Notes under the pieces: model-generated | Told to the model about the DNA's origin: nothing | Databases searched by the model: none | The model's input: the letters and a program-made list of their open reading frames with translations, nothing else | Shown: piece after piece, positions 12,701-24,727 of the stretch | How the letters are laid out: each line of letters opens with the position of its first letter | Numbering within the stretch: the first letter of the stretch is position 1 | Made by a program: the position numbers and the translations under genes | Assembly (NCBI RefSeq): GCF_001194135.2 | Contig: NC_068981.1 | Location: 179,951,946 to 179,990,954 of the forward strand | Direction of reading: 5' to 3' | DNA from: Octopus bimaculoides | Taxonomy: Eukaryota | DNA length: 39,009 nt

Positions 12701-12705
<5 letters not shown>
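11482..12705 (+). mobile_element. Tc1/mariner DNA transposon relic (~1.2 kb) with intact right TIR and eroded left TIR
   Basis: Transposase relic inside. The right end TTTCCATTATTTTGTCCAACCCCTG (to 12703) is followed by TA and a (TA)n expansion. TGGAACAC at 11482 resembles the inner end of the left TIR. Confidence 0.9.
11652..12651 (+). pseudogene. Frameshifted Tc1-type transposase, reconstructed DD36E triad
   Basis: MTDLSNFQRGQI..LAGAS..GVSRSTV (HTH), KTVRRELHKAGFHG, FSDES (D at 12067), FQDDNAPIH (D at 12347), WPPQS[P]DLSIIEHLW (E at 12457) and QAVITAKGGPT. Several indels and a premature TGA at 12643. Confidence 0.9.
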
Positions 12706-12732
<27 letters not shown>

Positions 12733-12736
<4 letters not shown>

Positions 12737-12900
12737 AATTCAAGAACAGAAGTAAAAGAAAAACACTGCAGAACACAACAAAAGCGAATTAAAGTCTTAT
12801 ACAGTGAATATCAGATTGACGATCAGAGAAAGTTTTGATGAGAAAATAGATGTGGAAATGACGTTTCGAACACATTTCTTTGTCGGAAAAAGAAAACAAG
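12733..12900 (-). mobile_element. Probable Penelope-like terminal segment with degenerate hammerhead-like motif
   Basis: Minus strand 12886-12859 reads CCGACAA-A-GAAA-TGT-GTTC-GAAAC-GTCA. The segment starts directly at the (TA)n tract and has the same architecture as 961-1150. Confidence 0.35.
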
Positions 12901-13619
12901 TTCAGAGAAAAGGAAAAGGAGGAAAGAGCGGATAGTCCGGAGAAAAGCATCTGTACCGTTACACGGCTGAAAAAAAAGAGATAACCGGAAGATGCAGAGA
13001 GATAGAGAATACAATTTGTGAAGGCGGTGACGTGTATAATTGGACATCGTGTGTGTGTGTCTGTGTGTGATACTTGTGTGCGTGGAGTGTATATATGTAT
13101 ATATGTTTTTTGTATGTCTGCGCGTGTATGTGCATACGTGTGTGGGTTGCGATTAGTGCGGTTGTGTGTTGGAGATTCTCTGCGTAGAATGGGGGCATAG
13201 GCGTGCGTATGTGTTTATGTGCATCAATGGATGTAACAGATTAGTAGGTTTAGCAGTAGTAGGATATGCGGTGTAGAGGTTGGGTAATGTGTGTGTGTGT
13301 ATTTGTGTGGGATCATTGTGTGTGTACATATGTTTGTGTGCTCGTTTGTGCGTATGAGTGTGTGTATACAGATCTATATGTATGTTTTTGCGTGTCTGTG
13401 TGTGCTTGTGCGTATGAGTGTGTATGTACGGGTGGGTGTCTGTGTATGCGAGGAACTTTTTGTACGTGCTTATGATTATATATAAAATTACGCGTGCGTA
13501 TGTATGTGTGTGCAGTAGCTACCTATGTTGTGTGTATGTGGGGGATGTAAGTTATGTATTTAAGTGTATGGAGAGAGGAAAAGTGAAGGAAAGATAAATG
13601 AGATTGGTGGGAGACATGG

Positions 13620-14460
13620 AAGTTGGAAGCCGTTACAAGAAGGAGGATATGTCTCCAAAATGCGATGAGTCCGTAAAAAGATGTAGAATCGCTCCTTGCG
13701 AAGTCTAACTGTAGAAGATCCATAGTTTAAAACTGATAGTATCCTTTAGTGTTTTTATCTGTTAAGGACCCCAACAATACGGGAATGAGATTGCAAAACC
13801 AATCAATGGTTCATTCCTGCTTATTTTGATTAGTTTAGTTCACGAATGCTGTATCCTATTGATTTTTGGTTGGTACTTCGCTATCAGAGTAATGCTTGCA
13901 TAGTTGATATCAGTTTTCTGGAGCTCTATACAGGATGATAGCGTTATCAGCTCGTATATATATTCTACCTAGTTTTGTTACGTGTTCCGTATTCTACTGT
14001 GCTATAATGATTTCTTGATTCCTTGATTTCATTGCTTCAGCAAACGACGAGAATGTTTCGTACTTGCGGATCATGTCACAGCTTGAGTCATGAAATCTAC
14101 GGTTTTCATATTTACACTGGAATTTTTATATTACAATAGTTATACGAATCAAGCTCGCTAGCTGACAAGTTTGAAGTTTCATGTAGCTGAGAAGCTTCGT
14201 TGGTGTTTCGATACTTTTCTTTTTCTTTTTTATAATATACGCTAACAGTTCGTTATTCGGGATATATGCTGCGTTCTCTTTGACAAGTTTTCTTTTGTTT
14301 TTCTTGTTTATAATGAATCCATTCATTCTATAACTCGGGTGTTTTAGGTTCATGCAGTACCATGTGTATTTTATGTATTTTTATTATGTGTTGTGAATGT
14401 TGCATCTGTTGTATGCCATTTGATCTGGTATCGTTCTGTAACATATTCTCCTAACTCGTT
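13620..14460 (-). pseudogene. Possible highly decayed Penelope-like RT-thumb/GIY-YIG region
   Basis: Scattered colinear minus-strand peptides IPDQMAYNRC, AYIPNNELL, PQVRNILV and RLRKERFYI..TYPP resemble PLE C-terminal motifs. Many stops; weak evidence. Confidence 0.3.
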
Positions 14461-14515
14461 CGACTATCAGGTATTAATGATTTTCGACTTAAGATTTCAT
14501 TATTTGAAGTGTATT

Positions 14516-14717
14516 TACTCTTTCACTCTTTTACTTGTTTCAGTCATTTGACTGTGGCCATGCTGGAGCACCGCCTTTAGTCAAGCAAATCGACCCCAGA
14601 GCTTATTCTTTGTAAGCCTAGTACTTATTCTATCGGGCTTTTTAGCCGAACCGCTAAGTGACGGGGACGTAAACACAACAGCATCGGTTGTCAAGCGATG
14701 TTGAGGGGACAAGCACA

Positions 14718-14784
<67 letters not shown>

Positions 14785-14967
14785 CTACATACATATATAC
14801 ATACGATGGGCTTCTTTCAGTTTCAGTCTACGAACTCTGCTCACAAGGCTTTGGTCGGCCCGAGGCTATAGTTGAAGACACTTGCCCAAGGTGCCACGCA
14901 GTGGGATTGAACCCGGAACCATGTGGTTCGTAAGCAAGCTACTTACTACACACCCATTCCTACGCCT
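14516..14967 (-). mobile_element. SINE family A, full length, with internal (CA)n(TA)n
   Basis: Complete tail-to-head match to the other A copies; internal microsatellite at ~14718-14800. Confidence 0.92.
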
Positions 14968-17900
14968 TTAGTTGATAAAAATTTAAATGTTCGGTTTCGG
15001 CTACAATAAGACTTCAAAAGTTTTGTATCTAAAAGTTTGTATATTGGTTATAGCACTTAATATCAACAAAAGTAGTCCACTGTATCCACCCTAAGAATCT
15101 GCAAGTAACCATACTATCCTAACAATAACACTTATTGTCTGAGTTGCCTTCTCTTCTTTTAATCATGTTTAGATGATTATTTAACGATATTCATTCCCTA
15201 TATTTTCCATTGTCTTCGATCTCTCAACTCATAGCTGTCATTGTTAACCATACACTCTCCTACGCTCCTACATTGATCACACTACTATGCATTCGACCTT
15301 CATTTCCACACGTCTTGCCTGAAATCAACCTCAACAATCCGTTTTAGTTATCAACGAAAATATCAAAAAAAAAAAAATTGTGCACAATAAATAACCAAAT
15401 CCGTAATGTAAACATAGCTTGTCTCAAGAAAGTAATATTCATTACTACACACTCACTACTTCATAGCAAACTATAATAAAACTGTAATATACCCGACAAA
15501 GTTAAACACAATCAAGACTAAGGGCAGATAACTTCTTTTATGGGTTAGAAAATACCTCATTTCATTTATAATCTATCAGAAGGTGGAATTTCATCCTACA
15601 CTAGAGAACTACTTACATATAAGATATATAGTACTCATTACATTAGATATGATCCTTGATTACACAGAAAAGAGAAAGCGAGTTCCATTGCCATTCCACG
15701 AGCATGAGTTTGTTGATGAGACCTATCATTTATCTCTCCCACTACTTCCCAGAGATTCCTTCACTCAAGACATTAATGTCTCTTCTTGTTTTCCTTTCAT
15801 GGTTAGAAATAGGGTCGCTCTGGTTCATTCGCCTGATATTCATACTTAAGCCTTCCTTCAGAAACATACAGCTAAAATTTTAAAACAAACATTGCATTTA
15901 GTGATAACAGCCAATCAAAATGCCAAGAAAAATTACCAAGGGCCACAGGAAACGCGCTTTTATTCCTTTACTGCTTTATTTCTTATAGCTAATGGGTTAA
16001 TGATCTTATCTTACTCTCAGTTAAAACATTCGAACCTCGGCCTCAAAGCAATTGACGGGGATCCCTGTAAATGAATTCAAACAAGAAATTTTTGCAGTAA
16101 GAATTGTTTTTGTTGCGACACCACTAAAATAGATCTGTTGGAAAACAAAATTCCTCTATGGGTAAACATTTCAAAATATGTGTCTAAAATGTAAGATCAA
16201 CGTAAACAATAGTAGCAAATAAAGCAGCTATAACCAAGAGAGAGAGAGAACATAATAACTATAGCTAAGAGTAGCAGCACCAACAGCACCGACAGCAATA
16301 TGATCAGCAGCAGCAGCAGCAGGGATTGCCGCAATGATAGCAGCAATAGTACTTGTAGCATCAGCGATAAACAAGCGATAACAGCCAATATGATAAATAT
16401 ATATTTTTTTTCTGATGACGATTATTAGACCTTATCGTCATTTACATATGAATAGTGTTGGAAATCATAAAGATTAGGGAGTAAAGAGGTGGCAGTTGGC
16501 GAGGGTGAAGGGTTTAAAGCCCAGGAAACGCAAGGGACGCAACAGAGTAGCGATAGCGTGATGTAACGGTGAATAGACTAAGGTTCACCTGCTGATAACT
16601 TTCTTGCCCGTCAAGTATCTGATGAGAGTTTGATATTTAGAAAATTAGTCTCGTTCTCTGTATGACAGTATCAGTAGCAAAGAGAAACCCAATTGATAGC
16701 AATGACATTGTCATTGAAGTTATAATACTTATCTGTCTACTTAAGACGAAACTTTTAAAACAGCAATAGTGTAAAAAGGAGTTGTTTCATGAATGTTTGT
16801 AGCGAAGCTGTGACCATATTATGGTAAATAAAGAGACTGTCTATCTGTTTTCAGAACGGATGTAGCAATTTCTCATATCGTTAAAAGATAAGATTTGATT
16901 TCGCTAATCTATTTACTATCTGTTAATGAAGTAAAAATAAAATATTCTTGAGATAGACATTTCAGCCTCCATACTTCGCTCTCTGATTTGAAGTGAGCGA
17001 CATCTCATGATTCTCTATATTTATAGATGTAAAACGACATCCGTAGATCTTAAATGGAATAAGTAGTTTGAATTTAATTAATGATGGTAATATTTCGATT
17101 TGGAATTTATATAAAAAAAAAAAAAGGAAATTACATAAAATAGTGAATGCGATTTGTTAAACGTAATTCAATAGGAATGCATTTATAGAAAGAACAACTT
17201 GAAATATTTATAGTTGGAGACAAAATGCGTAACGGAAGATGGGAAAAATATGTATACACGTAAATTTCAAAGCAGCTTGAATTTAAGGAGCATACTCAAA
17301 GACTCAGGAAGCGTTAAAGTAAATGTTAAAATGACAGCGAAATCTTCTGTTAAAGGTGTAACGAAGGTTAAACTTTATAAATAGAAAATGACTTGCCAAT
17401 GAAATTGCTACGTTTCCGAACAGACACGTAAATCTAGCTAGAATTGTACAATCACAAATCTTAATAAATGCAATGAAACTGCAATAAAGTGAATAGAAAG
17501 GGAAGGCATGTAATATATGCAATTATTAATGTAATATCTGCGGAATAAATTTTTATGGTGTAGCTATCAGATTCTATTTGATCAAAAGATCAACTATCTA
17601 CGCTTAACATTTATTAAATTTGTCCTCAGACTGAACGTTAATTCCAACACTTTCTTTCTCAATTCTAGAAATCTAAATTCCCAAATAGTAGTTCACCGAC
17701 TGGTTCCAATAATTAATTCACTGGTTTTGTTCCTCCGACCGTAATATTCACATAAATTCTTCATTTTTGCCTCATTACAAAGAAAACTATTCATACAAAT
17801 ATAAGATCAATAAATCTCAAACACTCGGTTAAGAATGGACATTATCAAAAACAAATGTAATTAATTAATCTTCGCAGAGGTCCAAGGTCTCCTAGTGAGA

Positions 17901-18514
17901 AATGGCTTAGTTGATTGAGTAACATATACAACAACTTGGGGTTGTATTACAACAAGCGTCGTAATTGAAACGAAAACTAAATGTAGAAGCTTGCTCGTGG
18001 TTAAAATTAATCTAAAACCTTCTTCGACACTAGCACATGGATGCTTTCACTGAGGTCTCTTCTGTTGCAAACACTTATATCTGGTATCCCGTTTCAGGAG
18101 AACTAGCTACTTTTTATGCACTTCTTCATACTACAGACACTGGACGTGGTTTCTAAGCGTTTTTCATCACCAGTCTCGGAGGTTCTACAAAGAGGCCAAC
18201 GATACTGTGTTTCTTTCTCTCACTACGCCTAAAAAATAGCTTCTAAGCCTAAACAAAATGGTTCCCTTCTCTATTATTTCTGCCACTCTACTAACTCGTT
18301 TAAATAATGATTACAGCGTGATATAAATTCTCCATCGGTTTCGACAAAGAACATTCAGTTGTACTATTAACTGAACTATATACTCAATAAATTAACGTGT
18401 AGGTGGCTGAATATTCCACATATACTAGATACACACTCGATATATCTCTCAGGTCTGTCCAACATGTCACTGTATGTAATAAGGCTGCACCTTTGAATTA
18501 AAGGAGGAATCTAT

Positions 18515-19070
18515 CCAACTGACTTCTGCACAGTTTACGTCTAGTCAATTTCACGTATAACATTTTGACCGACGAAAGGCTATGGTGGAAGACACTTACC
18601 CAGATATGCAATAGTTTCGAAGAGAAGACGTGATTGCGAAACGAATTTCTAAACCATCTAGCCATATCTGTGTTGTGGTGGTGGTGTGGGAATACGATGA
18701 AATGATTTGGAATTTGGACACTGTCAATTGATTCGACTCCGGTATGTATTTTATCAACCTCATGAAAAGAGAGAGAGAGAGGAGGAAGAAGAGAGGGAGA
18801 GGAAGAGAAGAAGAAGAGAGAGGTGAGGAGGTAAAAAAAGCCAAACCTGGTGGAATTTAACTCAGACCTATAAAGAGACATATTTAACCAAATCATGGTT
18901 TTTAACAAAGGCACAAAACTAGAAATCTGCTGGGAGTTTACATTTGACTGCTACATTATTTCATCGACCCAAGAAGGATGAAAGGCGAGGATTTGATCTC
19001 AAAATGTGAGGTAAAGAACAAGCAAGCAACATATGTCATTTTGTTTGATACTGTAACATGATTCCGCTAA
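18515..19070 (-). mobile_element. Old degenerate SINE fragments (A-like ~18515-18600; B-like ~18730-18900 and ~18950-19070)
   Basis: Patchy similarity to in-window A and B copies, e.g. GGCTATGGTGGAAGACACTTACCC and ATCGACCCAAGAAGGATGAAAGGC. Confidence 0.55.
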
Positions 19071-19290
19071 TACTTCTAGTATGTATAAGGATGCCTCAGT
19101 TTGTAACAATGACACTTATTTTAGGAAAGAGGGGTAAAATTTGATTTGGTACATACATTGTCACGACTGGAAACATGAAAAAAAAATGTATTTTAGTTTG
19201 TCATATAATTTCAATCATTTTTATTTGAATAAATTGTAAAGCACCTAGGCCACCCTCCTCTATGCAGAATACAGAACTAACTACAGTTAT

Positions 19291-19482
19291 TGGCACAAGG
19301 CCACCAATTTCGGGGGAGGGATTGTATCGATCCCAGTACTCAACTGGCACTTATTTTATTGACTCCGAAGGGAAGAAACGCAAAAGAGATCTCAGCACCA
19401 TTTAAACTCAGAACGTAAAGACGAAAGAATTGCTGCTAAATATTTCGTCTGGCATGCTGACGATTCTGCAAGTTCGCCACCT
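19291..19482 (-). mobile_element. SINE family B, diverged
   Basis: Reverse complement of the B consensus, from the GGCACAAGG tail to the CTCAGAACGTAAAGACG..TCGCCACCT head. Confidence 0.8.
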
Positions 19483-20247
19483 TATTAACGATAAATGTTG
19501 TCAATAACATTGTGTCACAACTTTTTGTTTTTCTTTTGTCTTTGGTCAGTGTATGTTATTTCCTATTTGCTTCTATCTGAAAATCGAAGGAAATGACTAC
19601 TATTCCGTTCAAACTTTGCTTTTGTGATCAGGTTATCAATATTTTGGAACTGACATATTTTCCATTACATTTCAGACCATTCAACACTGAACTACTAAAG
19701 CAGAAATATTATTTCAGCAAATATTCTGCTCAGTACCACAGATTTACTTCTCACTGTCTTCACCTTTAACCACTTGAGCATGTTCCTTAGTGGTTGACAA
19801 TATGTGCATCTCTGATCATGAGCAGGAGTAGTGGGAGAACATCATAGCCATGCGTTGAGAAGGATTCTTAGCGGTTTGAATAAATGTAACAAAAGCAAAG
19901 TGTGAAGGAATTATTAGCCGTTTTTCATACATTCTATGTGTAAGCAGATAGGAAATAGCATTTGCTACCTCAGGACATTTTATTTGAATGATACCTAAAG
20001 CTCCTAGACTACTTTCCTCTCTACAGTATATATTAGTAGAGCTAACTATAGATCTTGTTTGTTTGTTTTGCCTATACACAATATAATTTTAAAATAAATT
20101 TTCGTCAAAAAATTGTTCTTTCATAATTTTATGACTAACTTCCTAAATATATCCAACCAAAGAATACATCTATTTACACGTGTTCTGTTCGATTATTTCC
20201 TATAAACCTTTTAATTCATCCTTCTTCTTGCAATATCTATTCCACTA

Positions 20248-20752
20248 AGGCGGAGAGTCAGCAAAAACGTTAGCACGTCGGGCGGAATGCTTATCGCTAT
20301 TTCGTCTGCCATTACGTTCTGAGTTCAAATTCCGCCGAGGTCGACTTTGCCTTTCGTCCTTTCGGGGTCGATTAACTACCAGTTACGCACTGGNNNNNNN
20401 NNNCCTTTCGTCCTTTCGGGGTCGATTAACTACCAGTTACGCACTGGGGTCGATATAATCGACTTAATCCGTTTGTCTGTCCTTGTTTGTCCTCTCAGTG
20501 TGTAGCCCCTTATGTGCAGTAAAGAAATAAGGAACCTTAGCACGCCGGGCGAAATGCTTAGCAGTATTTCGTCTGTCTTTACGTTCCAAGTTCAAATTCC
20601 GCCGAGGCTCACTTTGCCTTTCATCTTTTTGCGGGGTCGATAAATTAAATACCAGTTGCGTACTGGTGTCAATCTAATTGACTGCCCCCATTACCACCCC
20701 CACCACCACTACCACCACAAAAATTTCGGACCACGTGCCTAGAGTAGAAAAG
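20248..20752 (+). mobile_element. Tandem dimer of SINE family B (two different tails) inside one 13-bp TSD
   Basis: Unit 1 spans 20248-20531 and unit 2 spans 20532-20752. AATATCTATTCCA occurs at 20232-20244 and 20753-20765. The B-box-like GAGTTCAAATTCC is present in unit 1, with a close variant in unit 2. Confidence 0.88.
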
Positions 20753-21119
20753 AATATCTATTCCATTAGTGTTAACAATGCACGAGATGTTATCACCAAT
20801 ACATAAATAATTATCCAACAATGGTCTATCCCCTCAAATGTTCACTGAATTAACTAATCGCAAACGACAACCTACAAGAATATTTCACATCACATCCGCT
20901 CCAGTTATAGTTAATACATGTGACAGTTTAGATCAGACTGTCATTTACTCCCTCGTGCACTTCATTAACAAAGTAGTTTGGTCAATCATAATTAAATCAC
21001 TCCTCGTTATATACTTCTTGCTGGTGTTGTTTTGATACGTTTATATACGTGCAGTGCACGCACATTAATAGTGTCTTTCAACACCTAAAACTGCACTCCA
21101 ATTTTCCCCCAAAATTCTT

Positions 21120-21480
21120 CATGCTGAAGCACCGCCTTTAGTCGAGAAAGTCGACCCCCCAGGACTTATTCTTTGTAAGCCTAGTACTTATTCTATCGGT
21201 CTCTTTTTGCCAGACGCTAAGTTACGGGGACGTAAACACACCAGCATCGGTTGTCAAGCGATGGTGGGGGGGACAAACACAGGCACACAAACACACATAA
21301 TATATATATACATATATACGACGGGCTTCTTTCAGTTTCCGTCTACCAAATCCACTCACAAGGCTTTGGTCGGCCCGAGGCTATAGTAGAAGACACTTGC
21401 CCAAGGTGCCACGCAGTGGGACTGAACCCGGAACCATGTGGTTGGTAAGCAAGCTACTTACCACACAGCCACTCCTGCGT
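21120..21480 (-). mobile_element. SINE family A, tail truncated
   Basis: High identity to the other A copies; lacks the GAGTAAAA tail. Confidence 0.92.
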
Positions 21481-22013
21481 GTTTCTTTTCATGATCATTA
21501 TGTTGCTATGTCTGGGCTAGCGGGGCGTTGAGTATTTAAGGAACACATTTCAATCCACGTAACTACAAATCAGCCCAGCTTTAATGACTACCAAACAGGG
21601 GTTGCCGCAGCCCTTTCTTGCCTTCCAGCTGTCGCATACATGGTGTTCGGCTGTTCCACGGCATTATGGGTGACAGGGCCGAGAGGGAGCTCTTATGTTA
21701 TTTTCCATACATAGGACCCCACAATAACTAATGAAAATGTGACACATGTTACCAAGCTATTGCCACTCGCACGTGTCAACTGGCTGAATTGTACACACGT
21801 ATACAGAAATATGTGTGTGCGTGCGCCTATTTACTGATGAGACGATCCAAACGGAAAGCCGAGTGAAGTTTATTATAAAATTCGTGTCATCTAGTACTTC
21901 ATGTTTCGGCTTATGGCTTACAAGACCAGTCTCGGTTGGTTGTATAAGCCGTTACAATTACATGCATACATGTATGTATGTAAGCGTGAGTGTCACGTGT
22001 GTGTGTGTATACA

Positions 22014-22082
22014 CAGTGGGACTGAACCCGGAACCATATGGTTGCTAAGCAAGCTACTTACCACACAGCCACTCCTGCGTCT
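22014..22082 (-). mobile_element. SINE family A head-only fragment
   Basis: CAGTGGGACTGAACCCGGAACC..CACAGCCACTCCTGCGT, between microsatellites. Confidence 0.88.
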
Positions 22083-22278
22083 ACATATATGTGTGTGTGT
22101 GTGGAGTGGGTGTTTATGTGTGTGTATGTGTGTATGTGTGAATGTGTGTGAATGTGTATGTGTTTCTGTGTGTATACATATACTTCTACGTACACACACA
22201 CACACACAGACGAATACACAGATACACATAAACACCCACACACACATATACACACATAAACACACACCCACACAGACA

Positions 22279-22328
<50 letters not shown>

Positions 22329-22330
<2 letters not shown>

Positions 22331-22743
22331 CTCTTTTTACTCTTTTACTTGTTTCAGTCTTTTGACAGTGGCCATGCTGGAGCACCGCCTTTAGTCGAGC
22401 AAATCGACCCCAGGACTTATTCTTTAGAAGCCTAGTACTTATTCTATCGATCTCTGTTGCCGAACCGCTAAGTTACGGGGACATAAACACACCAGCATCG
22501 GTAATCAAGCGATGTTGGTGGTGGGGGGGACAAATACAGGCTCACAAACATATACACACACATACATATATATACATATATACGACGGGCTTCTTTCAGT
22601 TTCCGTCCAGCAAATCCACTCACAAAGCTTTGGTCGGCCCGAGGCTATAGTAGAAGACAATTGCCCAAGATGCCACGCAGTATGACTGAACCCGGGACCA
22701 TGTGGTTGGTAAGCAAGCTACTTACCACACAGCCACTCCTACG

Positions 22744-22746
<3 letters not shown>
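22329..22746 (-). mobile_element. SINE family A, full length, flanked by (TA)n
   Basis: Complete match to A, with TA repeats on both sides. Confidence 0.92.
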
Positions 22747-22781
<35 letters not shown>

Positions 22782-22825
22782 CGTAGGAGTGGCTGTGTGG
22801 TAAGTAGCTTGCTTACCAACCACAT
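22700..22825. repeat. Perfect 126-bp palindrome: two 47-bp SINE-A head arms around (AT)16
   Basis: 22700-22746 is the exact reverse complement of 22779-22825, and the spacer is itself self-complementary. Confidence 0.9.
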
Positions 22826-23014
22826 AAGTTCGTGGGAGTGAATGAAGAGTGGTGAACAAACGGTGGAGAGCAAAAGAATGAGAGCGGATAGAAGAAAATG
22901 ACTATCAGAATGAATAAGAAAAATGAATGCTAGAGAACGGCTGATAAATTGTTGCGTGAGAGAGCGTTCGTACATGGTGAAGAGAACAGTATGTGCGCAT
23001 ATGGCTACGTATAA

Positions 23015-23130
23015 GTGTGTGTGTCTCAGTTCCTGTACATATGTGTTGTATGTCAGTTGATGTGTGTGTGTGAGAGAGAGAGAGAGACAGACAGAGACAG
23101 AGAGAGACAGACAGACAGAGAGAGACAGAC

Positions 23131-23161
<31 letters not shown>

Positions 23162-23434
23162 CAGACAGAGACAGAGAGAGACAGACAGACAGAGAGAGAC
23201 AGACAGACAGAGAGAGACAGACAGACAGAGACAGACAGACAGACAGAGAGAGACAGACAGACAGAGAGAGAGTGTGTGTGGTGTGTGTGAGTGTGTGTGT
23301 ACGTGGTTGTGTGTGTATATGTGTGTGTGTGTGTGCGTTTCAGTTTACGTATACATGTCATTTCTTTGTGAGTGGATGAATGTGTTTATGTATACGTGTA
23401 TGTGTGTGTAGATACAATATAATATAATATAATG

Positions 23435-23467
<33 letters not shown>

Positions 23468-23470
23468 TTG

Positions 23471-23505
<35 letters not shown>

Positions 23506-23649
23506 CTCACACGCAAGCACATATATATAAATGTATGTATATGGATATATATGTATGCATGTATATGTGGGTGTGCGTGTGTATGTGTGTGTGCATGTGT
23601 GGATATGTGTGTGTTTGTGTGTGTGATTGCGTCTCTGTGTGTTCGGGTG

Positions 23650-23682
<33 letters not shown>

Positions 23683-24548
23683 CTATAAGTATGTATGTTT
23701 GTATTTGTGTATTTAAGCGTATGATTTCGTGCTTACGTGTGCATGTGGGATTGTGTGCGCGTATGTGTGAGTGAGAGGGAGTGTGTGTGTATGTGTGTAT
23801 GTCTGTGTGTGTGTGTGTTTGTGAGCTTGTGTGTGTGTATGTGTGTGTGTGTGTGTGTGTCTGAAGTAGAACGTATCTATAAAACTGATAACGCTGAAGA
23901 GAGATGCAGAATACAATAGAAAATAAAGGGAAAGAGAGACAGAGAGAGACGATTGAATGTCGTGTCGATAGAGGTGGGGGATGAGAGAGAATCATGAGGG
24001 AGGTGGAGGAGGTTACTCATAATACGTACAGACGAGCAGACGAGCATATATTGGGAGATAGAGTAGAAGGTATTGAGAAAGGAGAGAGAAAGTGAGAGGA
24101 GAGAGAGTGAGTGGAGAGAGAGAGATAGAGTAAGAATGCAGTACAAGTGGAGATGGTAAGCATATAGAGAAACATATGCAGAAGCTGAAAGGGATATAGT
24201 ACATGTAGTGCGCAGAGAGAGAGAGAGAGAGGGGGGGAGATAAAAAGAGTAAGAAAGAAGAGAGAGGGAAAGACTAAAATGCTGAGAGACTCTAAATGTA
24301 ATACTACTGACAGTAATATTGAAATTAGACAGTATATAAGAAAGACAGAGAGATAAAAAGAGACAATGAGACAGAGAGACAGAGAGGCAGAGATACAGAG
24401 ACTGCCAGAGAGATATAGAGAGGGGGATATCGATATGGAGAATGAAAGAGATATAGTGAGGGAGTGAGAGAGAGAGAGAGAGAGAGAAGCGCAGAGATAA
24501 GAGTCAGACAGATAAAGAGAGCGAGGCACTGCGAGATAGATAGATAGA

Positions 24549-24621
<73 letters not shown>

Positions 24622-24690
24622 AAAGAGACACAGTGGGGTAAAAAGGTGAGCTAGAGAGATAAAGACAAAAATTGGGAGATATATATATAA

Positions 24691-24727
<37 letters not shown>

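Noticed and set aside
20350-20447. 44-bp tandem duplication in SINE-B
   Set aside because: Identical sequence on both sides of a 10-N gap is a typical unmerged contig overlap.
21834-21858. CTGATGA...GAAA hammerhead candidate
   Set aside because: No stem II pairing and no C before GAAA.
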